The position numbers and the translations under genes were made by a program. Below are positions 9,173 to 19,366 of a stretch of DNA of 64,000 nt, piece by piece. Below the pieces are notes generated by a model, which saw nothing but the letters and a program-made list of their open reading frames with translations, was not told where the DNA came from and did no database searches. The DNA is from a virus (taxonomy: Duplodnaviria > Caudoviricetes). The stretch is taken from positions 20,151 through 84,150 of IMG/VR virus record IMGVR_UViG_3300025575_000011; one strand, 5' to 3'. How positions within the stretch are numbered: position 1 is the stretch's first letter; each line of letters starts with the position of its first letter.

Positions 9173-12100
9173 ATGGATAAAAACTATGTAATGTACCACT
9201 GCCATAGCACCATGAGCAACGGTACTATGATGGATAGTTCTACAAATTTTCAGAAATATATTGATTTAGCAGTTGCTAACGGGATGAGTAGCATAGCATT
9301 CAGTGAGCACGGGAATATTTTCAACTGGATTCAAAAGAAAATGTCTTGCGATAAAGCTGGTATCAAGTATATACATGGAGAAGAGTTTTATTCTACAACT
9401 ACAATTGATGAAAAAATCAGAGAAACATTCCATATAGGTTTATATGCTAAGAATTGGGATGGAGTAAAGGAAATTAATAAATTATCTTCAAAATCTTTTA
9501 ATAAAGAAGATAACCATTTTTACTATAGGCCAAGACTCTCATTAGAAGAAATAATGAATACTTCTGACTCGATTATCGTTACAACAGCGTGTATGGCTTC
9601 AATTTTATGGCAAAGAAAAGGAGAACCAGCAGCGGAAGAATTTTTAGAGTGGATGAGTGAAAATAAACACAGATGCTTTCTAGAAGTTCAATATCATAAC
9701 AACTCTGAAGAACAAAAAGAATATAATTTATTGTTGTTAGAACACAGCAAGAAGTATGGCATTCCATTGATCTCAGGCACAGACACACATGCAGGAGATG
9801 ATGAAGATGCAGAATTAAGAAAGGTACTTCAATTATCTAAAGGAATAAAGTTTCCAGAGGAAGAAGAGTTTGACTTAACTTTTAAAACATATGGTGAATT
9901 AGTGAAGGAATTTAAAAATCAAAAGTGCTTACCAGAGAAAGTTTACCTAGAGGCAATTAATAATACTAATGTTTTTGCTGATATGGTAGAAAGTTTTGAA
10001 CTGGATTTTTCTTATAAGTACCCTAAAATATATGAAACTCCTGAGTCAGAATTAAAAAAGAGAGTCAATACTGGTGTTCTTGGCAGAAAATTAAATTCAT
10101 GGGAAGATAAAGATAAGAAAAAACAATATTATGCTAGAATTAAAGAAGAATTTGCTGTTTTTGACCAACTTAAAATGTTGGATTATATTCTATTATTAGA
10201 CGATATTATTAACTTTTGTAAGGAAAACAATATCAGTGTTTCTCCAAGAGGGTCATGCAATGGAAGCTTAATCTTATGGGCATTAGGAATTACAGATATT
10301 GATAGTATTAGATTTGATCTTCCATTTTTTAGATTCTGCAACCCTGAACGTGTATCATTGGGCGATGTTGATATAGACATGGCAAGTATTAAGAGGCCAC
10401 TAGTAAAAGACTTCCTTTATACATATCCAAAGATCCAAGGGAGTGCAATCATTACATTCCAAACATACGCACTCAGAGGGGCTATTAAGGGCATAGGAAG
10501 AGGATTGAATATTCCACTGTCAGAAGTAGAATCTATCTCAGCAGACATTGACGAGATAGATGAGGAAGATGATAAAGGAGAAAGCAAAAAGATTACAACT
10601 TTCCACAATAAAGAGAAATGGGAAGCTAAGTACCCTAAATTATTAACTATGGCTTACAGATGCCTTGGTGTAATTGAGAATGTATCTACTCATGCTTGTG
10701 GCTTTGTTGCTACAGACAGGAATATTGATGAGGAAATTGGCACATTTAAGTCAGATAAGTGTCCTTGGGTTATTTCGCAAAACAATATGAAATGCATTGA
10801 CGCTGTAAACTTTGTAAAAATGGACTTACTTGTTGTTGATAATGTTCAAATTGTTGAGGACACTTGCAGATTGGCAGAAGTACCAATTCTAGATAATAAT
10901 GAAATTGATTTTGAGGATATTGATGTTTGGAATGAGATGTTAATATCAGGTCTTGGAATATTCCAGTTTGAGAAGACAGGATTTAGACATTTAAAACATA
11001 CATTAGAAAACTTTGGAGAGTTTCAGAAACAAGTCAAAGGCATAACTAGATTAGATGTAATGACTGCACTAAATGGTATTATCAGACCAGCCGGGGATTC
11101 TATTCGTGATGATTTTATTCTAGGTAAGCCTTTTAGAAGTGGAATGAAAGAAATTGATGATTCTTTAGGAGAAACCCTATCATATTGTATTTATCAAGAG
11201 CAGATCATGATGTGGCTTTATAATTTCTGTGGATATACTATGGCCCAAAGCGATACGGTTAGGCGTGGTATTGCTAAGAAATATGGTACAGAGAAATTAA
11301 TACCTGAGATTGAAAAGGGGTTTATGGACTTTTGTACTAAAACATATCCACAATATGATGAAGAATATTTAAAAATTGTGCTTGCAAAATTTATTCAGGT
11401 TATTCTCGATGCCAGTTTTTATGGATTCTCGAAAAATCACTCAAATCCATATTCAATTTTAGGGTTTAAGTGTGCATATTTAAGGCATTACTATCCATTG
11501 GAGTTTTTAACAGTTCAATTTAATATTAATGATGGAAGGATAGAAAAAACATCTAAGATTAATGATTATATGAATAAATTTACTGACATAAAAGTAAAAT
11601 CAATTAAATTTAGAAAATCTAAATCAGAATATGCTTGCGATAAAAGTACAAATATTATTTACAAAGGTATTAAGTCAGTAAAATATCTGAGTGAACAGGT
11701 AGCTTTAGAATTACACGAACTAGGTAAAAAGGAGTATGATTCGTTTCTTGACTTAATAATGGAGATTACAGAAAATAGTTGTGTCAATTCAAGACAAATG
11801 GCAATTCTCATTAAACTTAATTTCTTTGAAGAATTTGGTGGCAATAAATATTTGATGAATGTTTACGAAGCGTTTTCTTCCAAATACAAAAAGACTTATG
11901 TTGATAAAACAAAAGTAAAAAGAATTGAGGAAATAAAAACATTGATATCTGATATGGAAGATGTGGCTTTTAATATTAAAGAGCAACTTGAGTATGAGAA
12001 GGAATTTCTAGGATTTTTACAGTCTACATTTGATATGGACGAAACATTTGTTTATATATCTGATCTTGACTTAAAATATTCACCAAAAGTAATGTGTTAT

Positions 12101-12295
12101 TATTTAAAAGGTGGGTATGAAGAGTGCCTTAAGATATACAAGAAGGAATATAAACAAGATATTTTCAATGTAGGAGATATTATTAAATTAGGTGGAGTTG
12201 CCAACAGACCAAAATCTAAGAAAATTGATGGTGAGTGGACTAAATCTACAACTGAAACAGAAAAGTGGATATCAAGATATAATATAGTAAAGTGA
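9173..12295 (+). CDS. dnaE: DNA polymerase III alpha subunit (family C, with PHP domain)
   Basis: YHCHS/FSEHG PHP motifs, PRGSCNGS, DVDID catalytic motif, THACG. Confidence 0.95.
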   Translation: MDKNYVMYHCHSTMSNGTMMDSSTNFQKYIDLAVANGMSSIAFSEHGNIFNWIQKKMSCDKAGIKYIHGEEFYSTTTIDEKIRETFHIGLYAKNWDGVKEINKLSSKSFNKEDNHFYYRPRLSLEEIMNTSDSIIVTTACMASILWQRKGEPAAEEFLEWMSENKHRCFLEVQYHNNSEEQKEYNLLLLEHSKKYGIPLISGTDTHAGDDEDAELRKVLQLSKGIKFPEEEEFDLTFKTYGELVKEFKNQKCLPEKVYLEAINNTNVFADMVESFELDFSYKYPKIYETPESELKKRVNTGVLGRKLNSWEDKDKKKQYYARIKEEFAVFDQLKMLDYILLLDDIINFCKENNISVSPRGSCNGSLILWALGITDIDSIRFDLPFFRFCNPERVSLGDVDIDMASIKRPLVKDFLYTYPKIQGSAIITFQTYALRGAIKGIGRGLNIPLSEVESISADIDEIDEEDDKGESKKITTFHNKEKWEAKYPKLLTMAYRCLGVIENVSTHACGFVATDRNIDEEIGTFKSDKCPWVISQNNMKCIDAVNFVKMDLLVVDNVQIVEDTCRLAEVPILDNNEIDFEDIDVWNEMLISGLGIFQFEKTGFRHLKHTLENFGEFQKQVKGITRLDVMTALNGIIRPAGDSIRDDFILGKPFRSGMKEIDDSLGETLSYCIYQEQIMMWLYNFCGYTMAQSDTVRRGIAKKYGTEKLIPEIEKGFMDFCTKTYPQYDEEYLKIVLAKFIQVILDASFYGFSKNHSNPYSILGFKCAYLRHYYPLEFLTVQFNINDGRIEKTSKINDYMNKFTDIKVKSIKFRKSKSEYACDKSTNIIYKGIKSVKYLSEQVALELHELGKKEYDSFLDLIMEITENSCVNSRQMAILIKLNFFEEFGGNKYLMNVYEAFSSKYKKTYVDKTKVKRIEEIKTLISDMEDVAFNIKEQLEYEKEFLGFLQSTFDMDETFVYISDLDLKYSPKVMCYYLKGGYEECLKIYKKEYKQDIFNVGDIIKLGGVANRPKSKKIDGEWTKSTTETEKWISRYNIVK

Positions 12296-12304
12296 GGGTG
12301 ATTT

Positions 12305-12838
12305 ATAATTTTAAGTTTTTATAAGTACACAGACAAACAAAAGACAGAATTATTGAAGTCAATTGTAATATTAGTAGACACTCGTGAGCAGAAAAATGAA
12401 TGGATTATAAATTACTTTGATGAGAAAAAGATTCCATATAAGATTAAGAAACTTGATCATGGAGACTATTCATATTTTATTCCTAAAAATGATGAACTTA
12501 ATATCCCTCGTGAATTATATATGGATCAAATTGTAGCAGTCGAAAGAAAAGCTAACTTAGAAGAGTTGTCAGGAAATATGACAACTGATAGGGAGAGGTT
12601 AGAAAAGGAGTTTAGTTTATACAAAGGAAAGATGCATTTGCTGATTGAGAATGCATCTTATGATGATATTTACAACAATAATTATAAGACCCAATACAAT
12701 AAAAAATCATACATGGGAAGTTTGCATAGTTTTGCTTTGAGATATGATTTATCAATTATGTTTATGCCTAAGAAAGAATGTAGTGGCGTTTTTATCTTCT
12801 GTACTTTCTATTATCACATGAAAAGTTTACTCCATTAA
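12305..12838 (+). CDS. ERCC4-domain nuclease (Holliday junction resolvase-like)
   Basis: VDTREQ, GDYS, VERKA; frame is open back to ATA/ATT at 12305/12308 behind SD GAGGGTGAT. Confidence 0.85.
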   Translation: MILSFYKYTDKQKTELLKSIVILVDTREQKNEWIINYFDEKKIPYKIKKLDHGDYSYFIPKNDELNIPRELYMDQIVAVERKANLEELSGNMTTDRERLEKEFSLYKGKMHLLIENASYDDIYNNNYKTQYNKKSYMGSLHSFALRYDLSIMFMPKKECSGVFIFCTFYYHMKSLLH

Positions 12839-12867
12839 TAGTTTAACAAATAATAAATAATATTTTA

Positions 12868-12896
12868 TTGACTTAATATAACCCATATGCTATACT
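12868..12896 (+). promoter_or_regulatory. sigma-A-type promoter
   Basis: TTGACT-17 nt-TATACT. Confidence 0.8.
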
Positions 12897-13078
12897 AATA
12901 TACATAGGGAGTGGTTAACCGACAAAACAAAATTCTGAACGAAAAGAGGGTGCATTATCATGTGAATTACATTATTCCAATATCTCCCACCTCTGGAACA
13001 TAGGCGTAGCAAGGGTTTCAAAAACCCAAAATAGCTTAAAATCTGGCTTTTATGGGATTGCATAAAAAGGAGAGCATA

Positions 13079-13168
13079 ATGGATGAAAGTGGGACAACAG
13101 GAGTTTGGTTAGTTATGATTTCACTTGGAATAATCGGTATAGTTTTTCAATTGGTCAACCTTACATAA
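13079..13168 (+). CDS. 29 aa single-TM peptide
   Basis: own translation MDESGTTGVWLVMISLGIIGIVFQLVNLT; AAGGAG RBS. Confidence 0.45.
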   Translation: MDESGTTGVWLVMISLGIIGIVFQLVNLT

Positions 13169-13200
13169 ATAATAAATATAAATGAAAGAAGGAATTATTA

Positions 13201-13347
13201 ATGGGATTTTCTACACATAAACAACGTTTTACAGCTTTGGAGTCTAAGAAGTTGAATAGTGGATTGACTGAGGATGAACTTGTTGAATTTAATGTACTAG
13301 AAGATTCATTAATCATGGATGAAGTAATTAAATATTGCGGTAAATAA
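13201..13347 (+). CDS. 48 aa hypothetical protein
   Basis: own translation MGFSTHKQRF...YCGK; GAAGGA RBS. Confidence 0.5.
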   Translation: MGFSTHKQRFTALESKKLNSGLTEDELVEFNVLEDSLIMDEVIKYCGK

Positions 13348-13358
13348 ATGGAGGTGAA

Positions 13359-13616
13359 ATGATGGAACAAAAATATAATGATTGGATTGAGTGCGATAAA
13401 TTAGACTACGACTATCGAGATCGAATTAATTTCAAATACATCGTTTCGGAATCTGACGATACTGTTACATATTATAAACAGAGAGTTATGAAAATCTATG
13501 ATGCAGAATGGTTTAGAAATAAGCCTGTTATTTGGACAGATAGCCCAGATTTAGAAGTTGATCATAGTCTTTATTGGTCAAATTCAAGAAAAGTCAAAGA
13601 GGAAGGTGATAAATAG
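13359..13616 (+). CDS. hypothetical protein
   Basis: 85 aa ORF, GGAGGTG RBS. Confidence 0.6.
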   Translation: MMEQKYNDWIECDKLDYDYRDRINFKYIVSESDDTVTYYKQRVMKIYDAEWFRNKPVIWTDSPDLEVDHSLYWSNSRKVKEEGDK

Positions 13617-13844
13617 TTGGCTGATTTGTCCATGTGCAAGTGGGAAAGATGTATCCAAAAAGAAGTATGCCAAAGATTTATTGCTCCTCCAGAAACAGAG
13701 ACAGAACAAATTTATATGCATTTTGAGAATAAGTGTAGTAAAAACAATGATTGGTTTTGGTTTTATGGAGATAGAAGTAATATGGTTGTAGAAGAAGAAA
13801 CTGTGCTGATAGAAGAAATAGTTAAGGAAGAGGATGTTACATAA
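13617..13844 (+). CDS. small Cys-rich phage protein
   Basis: DLSMC...C..KEVC.RF pattern; TTG start abutting the previous stop. Confidence 0.6.
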   Translation: MADLSMCKWERCIQKEVCQRFIAPPETETEQIYMHFENKCSKNNDWFWFYGDRSNMVVEEETVLIEEIVKEEDVT

Positions 13845-14038
13845 TTAAGATTCAACTCGAATGTATCAAGGAATGCGAAGGTTATATTATAGGAGAAAAA
13901 TACACAATGGTAAGTTGTTCAGGAAAGTATGTTGAGATGGTAAATTCAAATGGGTTTAGAGAGATTATGCTTGATGTTTATTTTAGTGGATTTGCCAAGA
14001 GATTAAAGAACAATAAATAATAATATAGGAGGAAATAA

Positions 14039-16264
14039 ATGAACAAAGTTACAAAAAGAGATGGCAGAATTATCACATTTGACAAGGACAAAATCACTAA
14101 TGCAATTAAATTAGCAATGATTCGTACAGAAAAGGGTATTGATGAGGCATTAGCTGTTGATATATCAGATAAAGTAAGTAAAATGGACAAAAAAGACATG
14201 AATGTTGAAGAAATTCAAGATTTAGTAGAACTTAAACTAATGGCAAGTGCAAGAAAAGATGTTGCTAAAGAATTTATTACATATAGAAATAAAAGAAGTG
14301 AAGTAAGACAAAAAAATACAGAGTTAAATAAGAAAATTGAGAAAATCCTTCTATGCAGTAACATCCAAAATTCAAATGCCAATGTAGATGAATATTCTTT
14401 TGGTGGAAGAAAGTTTGAAAGTGCAGGATTATTACATAAAGATTTTGCAATGAAGAACTTACTTCGTAGTGGGGTAGCAGAAGCGTTCATTGAAAATAGG
14501 ATTTATATCCATGACTTTGATTCTTATGATATTGGAATGCATAACTGTCTTTTCTCAGATGTTGGTAAACTCTTAGACGAAGGATTTACAACTAGAAATG
14601 GTGATGTTAGAGGAGCAAATTCAATCGGTAGTGCTATGCAATTAGTAGCAGTAATCTTTCAATGTCAGAGTCAGGTACAATTTGGAGGAGTAGGAAGTAT
14701 CCATTTAGATGTTGATCTTGCACCTTCAGTTTCTAAATCATTCTTGAAACTTTTCTGCAAAGGATTATTCTACTTTGATGATATTAAAACTCCAAAAAAG
14801 TTTGTCATTGATGAAGCATTAGATGTAACTTTAGACAATATAAAGTACTTAGAATACAAATATCCAAAAGCAACAAACTACGCTTTATTAGAATTAGATA
14901 AAGAAGGATTGCAAGCAGCACAAGCATTATTCCACAATCTAAACACTCTAGAATCCCGTCCGGGGTCTCAACTACCATTTACCTCAGTTAACTATGGCAG
15001 AGACATTACAACAGAAGGAAGGAAGGTTTCTGAATGGCTGTTACGAGCTAGTGTTGATGGGATTGGTAAGTATCACACAACAAGTATTTTCCCTATTAGC
15101 ATCTTCCAATATAAGAAGGGAATTAATGATGTTGAAGGCACTCCAAATTATAGTTTAAAGAAATTAGCAATCAAATCAATGTGTAAAAGAATTTATCCTA
15201 ATTGGGTTAATGGTGATTTTAGTAACAATATTGAAGATGAAAATGATCCAAATACTTATATGGCTACAATGGGCTGTAGAACAATGATTGGTTCAGATGT
15301 ACATGGGCTAGGATATTCTAAACTTGGAAGGGGAAACATTTCCCCTGTTACAATTAATCTACCAAAACTAGGTATCAAACATGGTATTTGTTTAGGGAAA
15401 ACCGCACCAGACTTAATGGGATTTTGGAAAGAACTTGATGATGTTCTAGAATTAACTACACAAGCACTGGTTGATAGGTTTTATCATATTTGTAATCAAT
15501 CAGTTAAATCTGCACCATTTATGTATAAGAATGGAACAGTTGTAGACTCAGAAAGTGCATTGAAAAATGGCGTATATGAAGCAATGAGACATGGCACTAA
15601 TGCAATTGGATACATTGGAGTTGCAGAAATGTGTCAAGCATTGTTTGGGAATAATCATGCTGAATCAGAAATAGTTAAAGCATTTGCATTAGAAGTAATT
15701 GTACATATGTCAGATCATGCAAAGAAAGCTAGTTCTGAATATAATCTAAACTTTAGTCTTTACGCAACTCCAGCAGAAAACTTATGTAAAACGATGATGT
15801 CAGGACTTAAAAAAGAGTTTGGAGTTATTCCAAATGTCACAGAAAAAGATTATCTTACTAATTCACATCATGTTCCAGTATGGCAGGAGATTTCAATCTT
15901 TGATAAGTTAAAAGTAGAAGCTCCATTCTGTAAATATCCTACTGGTGGTTGTATTACATATGTTGAATTAGACAGTTCAATTATTCATAATGAAGAAGCA
16001 GTTGAGAAGATTATTGATTTTGCAATGACATTAGACATTCCTTACATGGCATTTAACTTTCCTATTGATTCTTGCTTGGATTGTGGTTATCAAAGTGAAT
16101 TTAATGATGCTTGCCCTGTATGCGGAAGTGAAAATATCCAACAACTACGAAGGGTTACAGGATATTTAAGCACAGACTTTAGAAACTTCAATGAAGGGAA
16201 GAAACAAGAAATAAATGATAGGGTAAAGCATTCATTATTTACAGACTTTACAAAGGGTGAATAA
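14039..16264 (+). CDS. nrdD: anaerobic (class III) ribonucleotide reductase with ATP cone
   Basis: VTKRDG ATP cone, MGCRT, CLDC/CPVC Zn site, RRVTGYL glycyl-radical loop. Confidence 0.97.
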   Translation: MNKVTKRDGRIITFDKDKITNAIKLAMIRTEKGIDEALAVDISDKVSKMDKKDMNVEEIQDLVELKLMASARKDVAKEFITYRNKRSEVRQKNTELNKKIEKILLCSNIQNSNANVDEYSFGGRKFESAGLLHKDFAMKNLLRSGVAEAFIENRIYIHDFDSYDIGMHNCLFSDVGKLLDEGFTTRNGDVRGANSIGSAMQLVAVIFQCQSQVQFGGVGSIHLDVDLAPSVSKSFLKLFCKGLFYFDDIKTPKKFVIDEALDVTLDNIKYLEYKYPKATNYALLELDKEGLQAAQALFHNLNTLESRPGSQLPFTSVNYGRDITTEGRKVSEWLLRASVDGIGKYHTTSIFPISIFQYKKGINDVEGTPNYSLKKLAIKSMCKRIYPNWVNGDFSNNIEDENDPNTYMATMGCRTMIGSDVHGLGYSKLGRGNISPVTINLPKLGIKHGICLGKTAPDLMGFWKELDDVLELTTQALVDRFYHICNQSVKSAPFMYKNGTVVDSESALKNGVYEAMRHGTNAIGYIGVAEMCQALFGNNHAESEIVKAFALEVIVHMSDHAKKASSEYNLNFSLYATPAENLCKTMMSGLKKEFGVIPNVTEKDYLTNSHHVPVWQEISIFDKLKVEAPFCKYPTGGCITYVELDSSIIHNEEAVEKIIDFAMTLDIPYMAFNFPIDSCLDCGYQSEFNDACPVCGSENIQQLRRVTGYLSTDFRNFNEGKKQEINDRVKHSLFTDFTKGE

Positions 16265-16777
16265 ATGCATATAAGTGGACTTGTAAATGAAAGTTTAGTA
16301 GATGGAATAGGAATCAGGACAACCATTTTTATTAGTGGTTGTCGCCACTTCTGTAAAGGGTGTCAAAATCCAGAGACACATAATTTTAAGAGAGGAGTTG
16401 AATTTGACGAAGAATTACAATGGAAAGTAATTGATGATATAAGAAACAATCCTCTTATTCAAGGAATTACATTAAGTGGTGGAGATCCTATGTTCTCTGC
16501 AAAAGAATTAGTAGAATTTATTGAGTTTGCTAAGAGTGAACTTAGTGATATTAATTTTGATGTATGGTGTTACACTGGATTTACATATGAAATGATTAGA
16601 AATAGTAATGATCCTGATACAATTGACTTACTTAAATTATGTGATGTTTTGGTTGATGGGAAGTTTATATTGGAACAAAAAGATATTACATTATCATTTA
16701 GAGGTAGTGCCAATCAGAGGATTATTGATGTTAAGAAAAGTTTAAGACAAGGTACTGTAATTAAGTTAATGGAATAA
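16265..16777 (+). CDS. nrdG: class III RNR activating radical-SAM enzyme
   Basis: CRHFCKGC, GITLSGGDP, FRGSANQRII. Confidence 0.96.
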   Translation: MHISGLVNESLVDGIGIRTTIFISGCRHFCKGCQNPETHNFKRGVEFDEELQWKVIDDIRNNPLIQGITLSGGDPMFSAKELVEFIEFAKSELSDINFDVWCYTGFTYEMIRNSNDPDTIDLLKLCDVLVDGKFILEQKDITLSFRGSANQRIIDVKKSLRQGTVIKLME

Positions 16778-16802
16778 ATATAATATAAAGGAGATTAAAT
16801 AT

Positions 16803-17270
16803 ATGGCATATGCAGTAGGACTTAGAGGATTTGAATTAGTATCAAAGGATAAGAAAAAGAATGTAGTTGATGCAATTAAACCAAAAAGAGGAACAAAAAC
16901 TTCAGCAGGGTATGATTTTTCAACTCCTGTAAAGTTTTCCATTCCTTCTCATGGCAAAGCAACAATCTGGACAGATATTAAATCGTATATGCAACATGAA
17001 GAAGTCTTAACTTTACATATTAGAAGTTCAATTGCTAATAAAAAAGGATTAAGACTTGCAAACTGCACAGGTATTGTGGATTCAGACTATTTTAACAATC
17101 AAGACAATGAAGGAAATATTGGTCTTTGTTTTTATAATGATAGTAATGATACTGTAACAATTGAAGCAGGAGAGAGAGTAGCACAAGGTATTTTTCTTCA
17201 ATTTCTTGAAGCATTTGAGGGGAATACAGAAAATACAAGAGTTAGTGGTTTTGGAAGTACAGGAGAATAA
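16803..17270 (+). CDS. dut: trimeric dUTPase
   Basis: SAGYDF, IRSS, GIVDSDY, R.SGFGSTG. Confidence 0.95.
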   Translation: MAYAVGLRGFELVSKDKKKNVVDAIKPKRGTKTSAGYDFSTPVKFSIPSHGKATIWTDIKSYMQHEEVLTLHIRSSIANKKGLRLANCTGIVDSDYFNNQDNEGNIGLCFYNDSNDTVTIEAGERVAQGIFLQFLEAFEGNTENTRVSGFGSTGE

Positions 17271-17286
17271 AGGAGTTGTAATTATC

Positions 17287-17511
17287 ATGTTACAAGTTGG
17301 GAAAGTATACACACATTATAAAAAGGGAGATAGATACACAGTTCTAGACTTTGCTAAACACTCTGAAACACAAGAGGATATGATCATTTATCAGGCTGAA
17401 TATGGTAATCGTGCTATTTGGGTAAGACCATTAAATATGTGGAACGATGAGATTGCAGAAAATAAGGTAACTGATTTTGGTCAAAGTGTTAGATTTAAAG
17501 AAGAATCATAA
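17287..17511 (+). CDS. DUF1653-like small protein
   Basis: YTHYKKGDRY, HSETQEDMIIYQAEYG, WVRPLNMW; probable start ATG 17287. Confidence 0.75.
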   Translation: MLQVGKVYTHYKKGDRYTVLDFAKHSETQEDMIIYQAEYGNRAIWVRPLNMWNDEIAENKVTDFGQSVRFKEES

Positions 17512-17629
17512 ACAATATAATAAGTAAAGACACTATATATAGTTACAAAATACATAAATAATACTACATATAGTGTCTAAAACTCAATAGAATAAAACGA
17601 AAATTTCAAAGGAATAAAGGAGAGATGAT

Positions 17630-18730
17630 ATGAAAAATACAATATTTTTGCCTAAGACTATCAAAGTAGGATATCAATCACGTACCGATACATATACAGG
17701 ACAGTTAGCTTATGTCATTTATATTGACCAGAAAGGAGTTCTAAGAAAAGAAACATCTTGGAATAGTTGGCGAGATAATAAAATTGAACCACAAGATTTT
17801 TCAAATGAACCAACTTCGGGATTTGTTCTAAATAAAAAGGTTGGTGATTATGTTTCAGATTGGAATCATAGGCAAGCATATGTAAGAGTTTATGATCCTA
17901 GAAACTTTGAGTTTGAGATTACCATTGAAAATTTACTCTATATCCTTGAGAATGCTAGTTCAATTAAAGGTAAAGGACTTGAAGGTAATTTTGTCTATGG
18001 TTGGGATGGTAAGGATTTGTTATTGATTCCAACAGAATCTCCAGATTATAAGGAAATTACCGAATATAGTGAAATAATATTCCAAAAGAAATATGTTAAA
18101 GCTAAAGAATTAATATTAGGGGCTACATACAAAACTAAATCAAATGAAGAATGGATTTATATGGGTAGGTTTGATTACCATACCACTAAATATGACAAAG
18201 TTCTATCTAAGATACAAAGTAATTCTTGGTATTCCCCTTCATATGATAGCGTCATAGTAAATGTCAATAAGGGAAAGCATCATTTCTTTGCTAGAGAAAC
18301 TATAGATTATAAGGATAATAAATATTTAAGTATCTTAACTATTAAATCACTTGGAGAGAGGTTTATAGATACAGTATCATCTGATTGCGTAGAAAACTAT
18401 GCAGAGTTATTTGAAAAACTTGAATGCAAAACCGATTATTCACCATACGATGAAAACAAAGATGAATATATAAGGTATACATTGGAGGAATTTAATAGTT
18501 CTATAAATAAAAGCAGATGGATTCATTATTATGATAATCTAAAGAATAAATATGAAGTATATTTTGGACGCGATGACATATTTCATTATCGGAAAATTGA
18601 TGCAAATAATCATTATGGTGATGAGAAATCAGTTCAAGGAACATTAGAAGAAATATATAACTTAATTAAACCAATGTACAAAAACGAGTATTTAGAAAAT
18701 AATAAATTATATAGAGAGGGGAATAAATAA
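17630..18730 (+). CDS. conserved-looking hypothetical phage protein
   Basis: 366 aa ORF with strong RBS. Confidence 0.7.
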   Translation: MKNTIFLPKTIKVGYQSRTDTYTGQLAYVIYIDQKGVLRKETSWNSWRDNKIEPQDFSNEPTSGFVLNKKVGDYVSDWNHRQAYVRVYDPRNFEFEITIENLLYILENASSIKGKGLEGNFVYGWDGKDLLLIPTESPDYKEITEYSEIIFQKKYVKAKELILGATYKTKSNEEWIYMGRFDYHTTKYDKVLSKIQSNSWYSPSYDSVIVNVNKGKHHFFARETIDYKDNKYLSILTIKSLGERFIDTVSSDCVENYAELFEKLECKTDYSPYDENKDEYIRYTLEEFNSSINKSRWIHYYDNLKNKYEVYFGRDDIFHYRKIDANNHYGDEKSVQGTLEEIYNLIKPMYKNEYLENNKLYREGNK

Positions 18731-18731
18731 T

Positions 18732-19139
18732 ATGAAAACTGAAACAAACGATCAAAAGATTATGGAACTGAAAAAACAAATCGAGGTAAAGAAAAACAAA
18801 GTAGGAAAATCCCAAAAGTTTAGCCCAATTACTAATTGTTCAATTGAGGTTGATGGAGAGCGTTCTAATATTCAAGTATTGACAAAAGAAAAGTTAATCT
18901 CATTAATGGTAAAACTAAATTCATATTCAATTTCTGCCAAAGACTTAGAAGTAGAATATATTATCAGTGGTTACAATGTAGTGGATTGGATTCAAGATAT
19001 TAAGTCAAAACTTGATTTTGTCAGTCGAAAGGAAGAAGAAAATAAACTAAAATTCATGGAATCCAAGTTACATGAATTGCTTTCTAATGAAAAGAAGGTA
19101 GAACTTGAAATTGATGAAATTGCATCGTTTTTAAAGTAA
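18732..19139 (+). CDS. hypothetical coiled-coil protein
   Basis: 135 aa ORF coupled to the previous gene. Confidence 0.7.
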   Translation: MKTETNDQKIMELKKQIEVKKNKVGKSQKFSPITNCSIEVDGERSNIQVLTKEKLISLMVKLNSYSISAKDLEVEYIISGYNVVDWIQDIKSKLDFVSRKEEENKLKFMESKLHELLSNEKKVELEIDEIASFLK

Positions 19140-19141
19140 AT

Positions 19142-19335
19142 CCCCATGAAATTGATGTTTTAACCTAGTGTAAAATTTAAGAAATTGTAAATATCAGAAA
19201 ATTAGATGTTAAACCTCTGAAAGCGTTGGTGTGTAAGGGTTTCAGAGGTTAGGTTGTTACATTTGCCAAAAGAGAAGGAATACAGTTATTTAGGGTAAAT
19301 CATCAATAATACCATGAAATCAATCTTTTATCCTA
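19142..19335. repeat. composite element: site-hairpin-site, left of the methylase
   Basis: 10-6-10 sites at both ends; AACCTCTGAAA/TTTCAGAGGTT stem. Confidence 0.75.
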
Positions 19336-19366
19336 TTGGAATAAATAATAAAAAGGTGGAATATTA

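Noticed and set aside
13846-13871. Possible extra 10-6-10 sites (also 42112-42137 and 44552-44577)
   Set aside because: Arms too degenerate to separate from AT-rich background without a PWM; not counted.
5844-16264. Inteins or introns in dnaB, dnaE and nrdD, which are common phage insertion sites
   Set aside because: ORFs are continuous and of normal length, with no intein splice motifs or LAGLIDADG blocks seen.
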